From sequence record L26387.1: a stretch of 519 bases of DNA; one strand, written 5' to 3'. The position numbers were made by a program, and so were the translations under genes. A model generated the notes under the pieces. The model made no database searches and was not told the DNA's origin. It saw only the letters and a list, made by a program, of their open reading frames with translations. Shown piece after piece: positions 1 to 519 of this stretch; position 1 is the first letter of the stretch; every line of letters starts with the position of its first letter. Source of the DNA: a phage.

Positions 1-79
1 GACAGTGAGTCACCACACTGAAAGGTGATGCGGTCTAACGAAATCTGACCTAAGACGCTCTTTAACAATCTGGTAAATA

Positions 80-145
80 GCTCTTGAGTGCATGATTAGC
101 GAATAACTCAAGGGTATCGCAAGGTGCCCTTTATGATATTCACTA
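80..145 (+). promoter_or_regulatory. Candidate RNase III processing site (T7 R0.3-like) in the mRNA leader
   Basis: Seen in sequence: a perfect 7-bp inverted repeat, cttgagt (83..89) with actcaag (106..112), extendable by G-U and G-C pairs to about 80..115. An alternative hairpin pairs aagggta (110..116) with tgccctt (125..131), 7 bp with one G-U and an 8-nt loop. The two share the aaggg segment and cannot both form. Established knowledge: T7 has an RNase III site (R0.3) about 35 nt upstream of the gene 0.3 start, which would map to about position 134 here. The exact fold and cut site cannot be determined by eye. Confidence 0.45.
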
Positions 146-155
146 ATAACTGTAC

Positions 156-160
156 GAGGT
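156..160 (+). promoter_or_regulatory. Shine-Dalgarno ribosome-binding site for gene 0.3
   Basis: GAGGT at 156..160, complementary to the 16S rRNA 3' end, with an 8-nt spacer (161..168) before the ATG at 169..171. Confidence 0.8.
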
Positions 161-168
161 AACACAAG

Positions 169-519
169 ATGGTTATATCTAACATGACTTACAACAACGT
201 TTTCGACCACGCTTACGAAATGCTGAAAGAAAACATCCGTTATGATGACATCCGTGACACTGATGACCTGCATGATGCTATTCACATGGCTGCCGATAAT
301 GCAGTTCCGCACTACTACGCTGACATCTTTAGCGTAATGGCAAGTGAGGGCATTGACCTTGAGTTCGAAGACTCTGGTCTGATGTCTGACACCAAGGACG
401 TAATCCGCATCCTGCAAGCACGTATCTATGAGCAATTAACGATTGACCTCTGGGAAGACGCAGAAGACTTGCTCAATGAATACTTGGAGGAAGTCGAAAA
501 GTACGAGGAGAATGAAGAG
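169..519 (+). CDS. ocr: Ocr (gene 0.3 protein), DNA-mimic anti-restriction protein that inhibits type I restriction-modification; 3'-partial in this window (stop codon not in view)
   Basis: ATG at 169 is the first start after the in-frame TAA at 160..162 and is preceded by a good SD. The frame is open for 117 codons to the window edge, translating to [117 protein letters not shown]. This is near-identical to T7 Ocr as I recall it (117 aa), differing at about five positions. By my count it has 32 Asp+Glu against 7 Lys+Arg, with a polyacidic C-terminal tail, matching the known DNA-mimic character. T7 Ocr is 117 aa, so the stop codon should lie immediately after position 519. Confidence 0.93.
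   Translation, partial: MVISNMTYNNVFDHAYEMLKENIRYDDIRDTDDLHDAIHMAADNAVPHYYADIFSVMASEGIDLEFEDSGLMSDTKDVIRILQARIYEQLTIDLWEDAEDLLNEYLEEVEKYEENEE

Larger units (their letters stand above)
1..168 (+). other. 5' untranslated leader of the early (host RNA polymerase) phage transcript upstream of gene 0.3
   Basis: No credible ORF on either strand: the frame of the downstream gene is closed by TAA at 160..162 and the only ATG-initiated frames are 4-9 codons long. The sequence is recognisably the region that precedes gene 0.3 in phage T7. By T7 coordinates recalled from memory (A3 promoter start about 750, gene 0.3 start 925), the promoter would lie just upstream of position 1, outside the window. Confidence 0.7.

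Noticed and set aside
28-48. Tiny ORF ATG 28 to TGA 46..48 (MRSNEI) preceded by AAGGTG
   Set aside because: Only 6 codons, and the SD-like motif is immediately adjacent to the ATG (spacing too short for efficient initiation). It lies in a leader region with no known coding function.
130-140. AT-rich tttatgatatt resembling a -10 promoter element
   Set aside because: No convincing -35 hexamer at the appropriate spacing upstream. The known promoters for this gene in T7 lie upstream of the window, so this is more plausibly part of the RNase III site or leader.
133-162. Nine-codon mini-ORF (ATG 133 to TAA 160..162, MIFTNNCTR) in frame with and ending 6 nt before the ocr start, with AAGGTG 6 nt upstream
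   Set aside because: Too short to evaluate and it lies within the presumed RNase III site, which would sever it from its putative RBS. No such leader peptide is known for T7 gene 0.3 to my knowledge. Most likely a chance ATG.
10-435. 141-aa ORF on the minus strand from the supplied ORF track ([16 protein letters not shown]...)
   Set aside because: It is antisense to a recognisable, conserved gene (ocr), starts at a non-ATG codon (TTG at 433..435 on the reverse complement) with no evident RBS, and its product matches nothing I recognise. T7-like phages encode all their genes on one strand. It is a typical shadow ORF of the real + strand gene.
353-449. 8-bp direct repeat attgacct at 353..360 and 442..449, containing TTGACC (a -35-like hexamer)
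   Set aside because: Both copies encode the same Ile-Asp-Leu tripeptide in frame (GIDLEF and TIDLWE), so the repeat is explained by protein sequence. No matching -10 element lies downstream, and they sit inside a highly expressed CDS.
169-519. Possibility that this window encodes a novel or undescribed defence or anti-defence system
   Set aside because: The entire coding capacity is accounted for by a single, well-known gene (ocr) and its leader. There is no unexplained ORF, repeat array or RNA gene in the window.

Overview
This 519-bp window is the 5' leader plus essentially the whole coding sequence of gene 0.3 from a T7-like (Teseptimavirus-type) phage, encoding Ocr, the classic DNA-mimic anti-restriction protein. 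The real gene is on the + strand (169..519, 117 codons, ATG start, GAGGT Shine-Dalgarno 8 nt upstream) and runs off the 3' edge of the window with no stop codon in view. The only ORF in the supplied track is a spurious antisense reading frame. Positions 1..168 are untranslated leader and contain mutually exclusive stem-loops consistent with the RNase III processing site that precedes gene 0.3 in T7. I see no evidence of a previously undescribed system: this is a well-characterised counter-defence gene. The only non-reference content is a few amino-acid substitutions relative to T7 Ocr as I recall it, including two charge-reducing changes in the acidic C-terminal tail. All comparisons to T7 (sequence and coordinates) are from memory and need confirmation by alignment.
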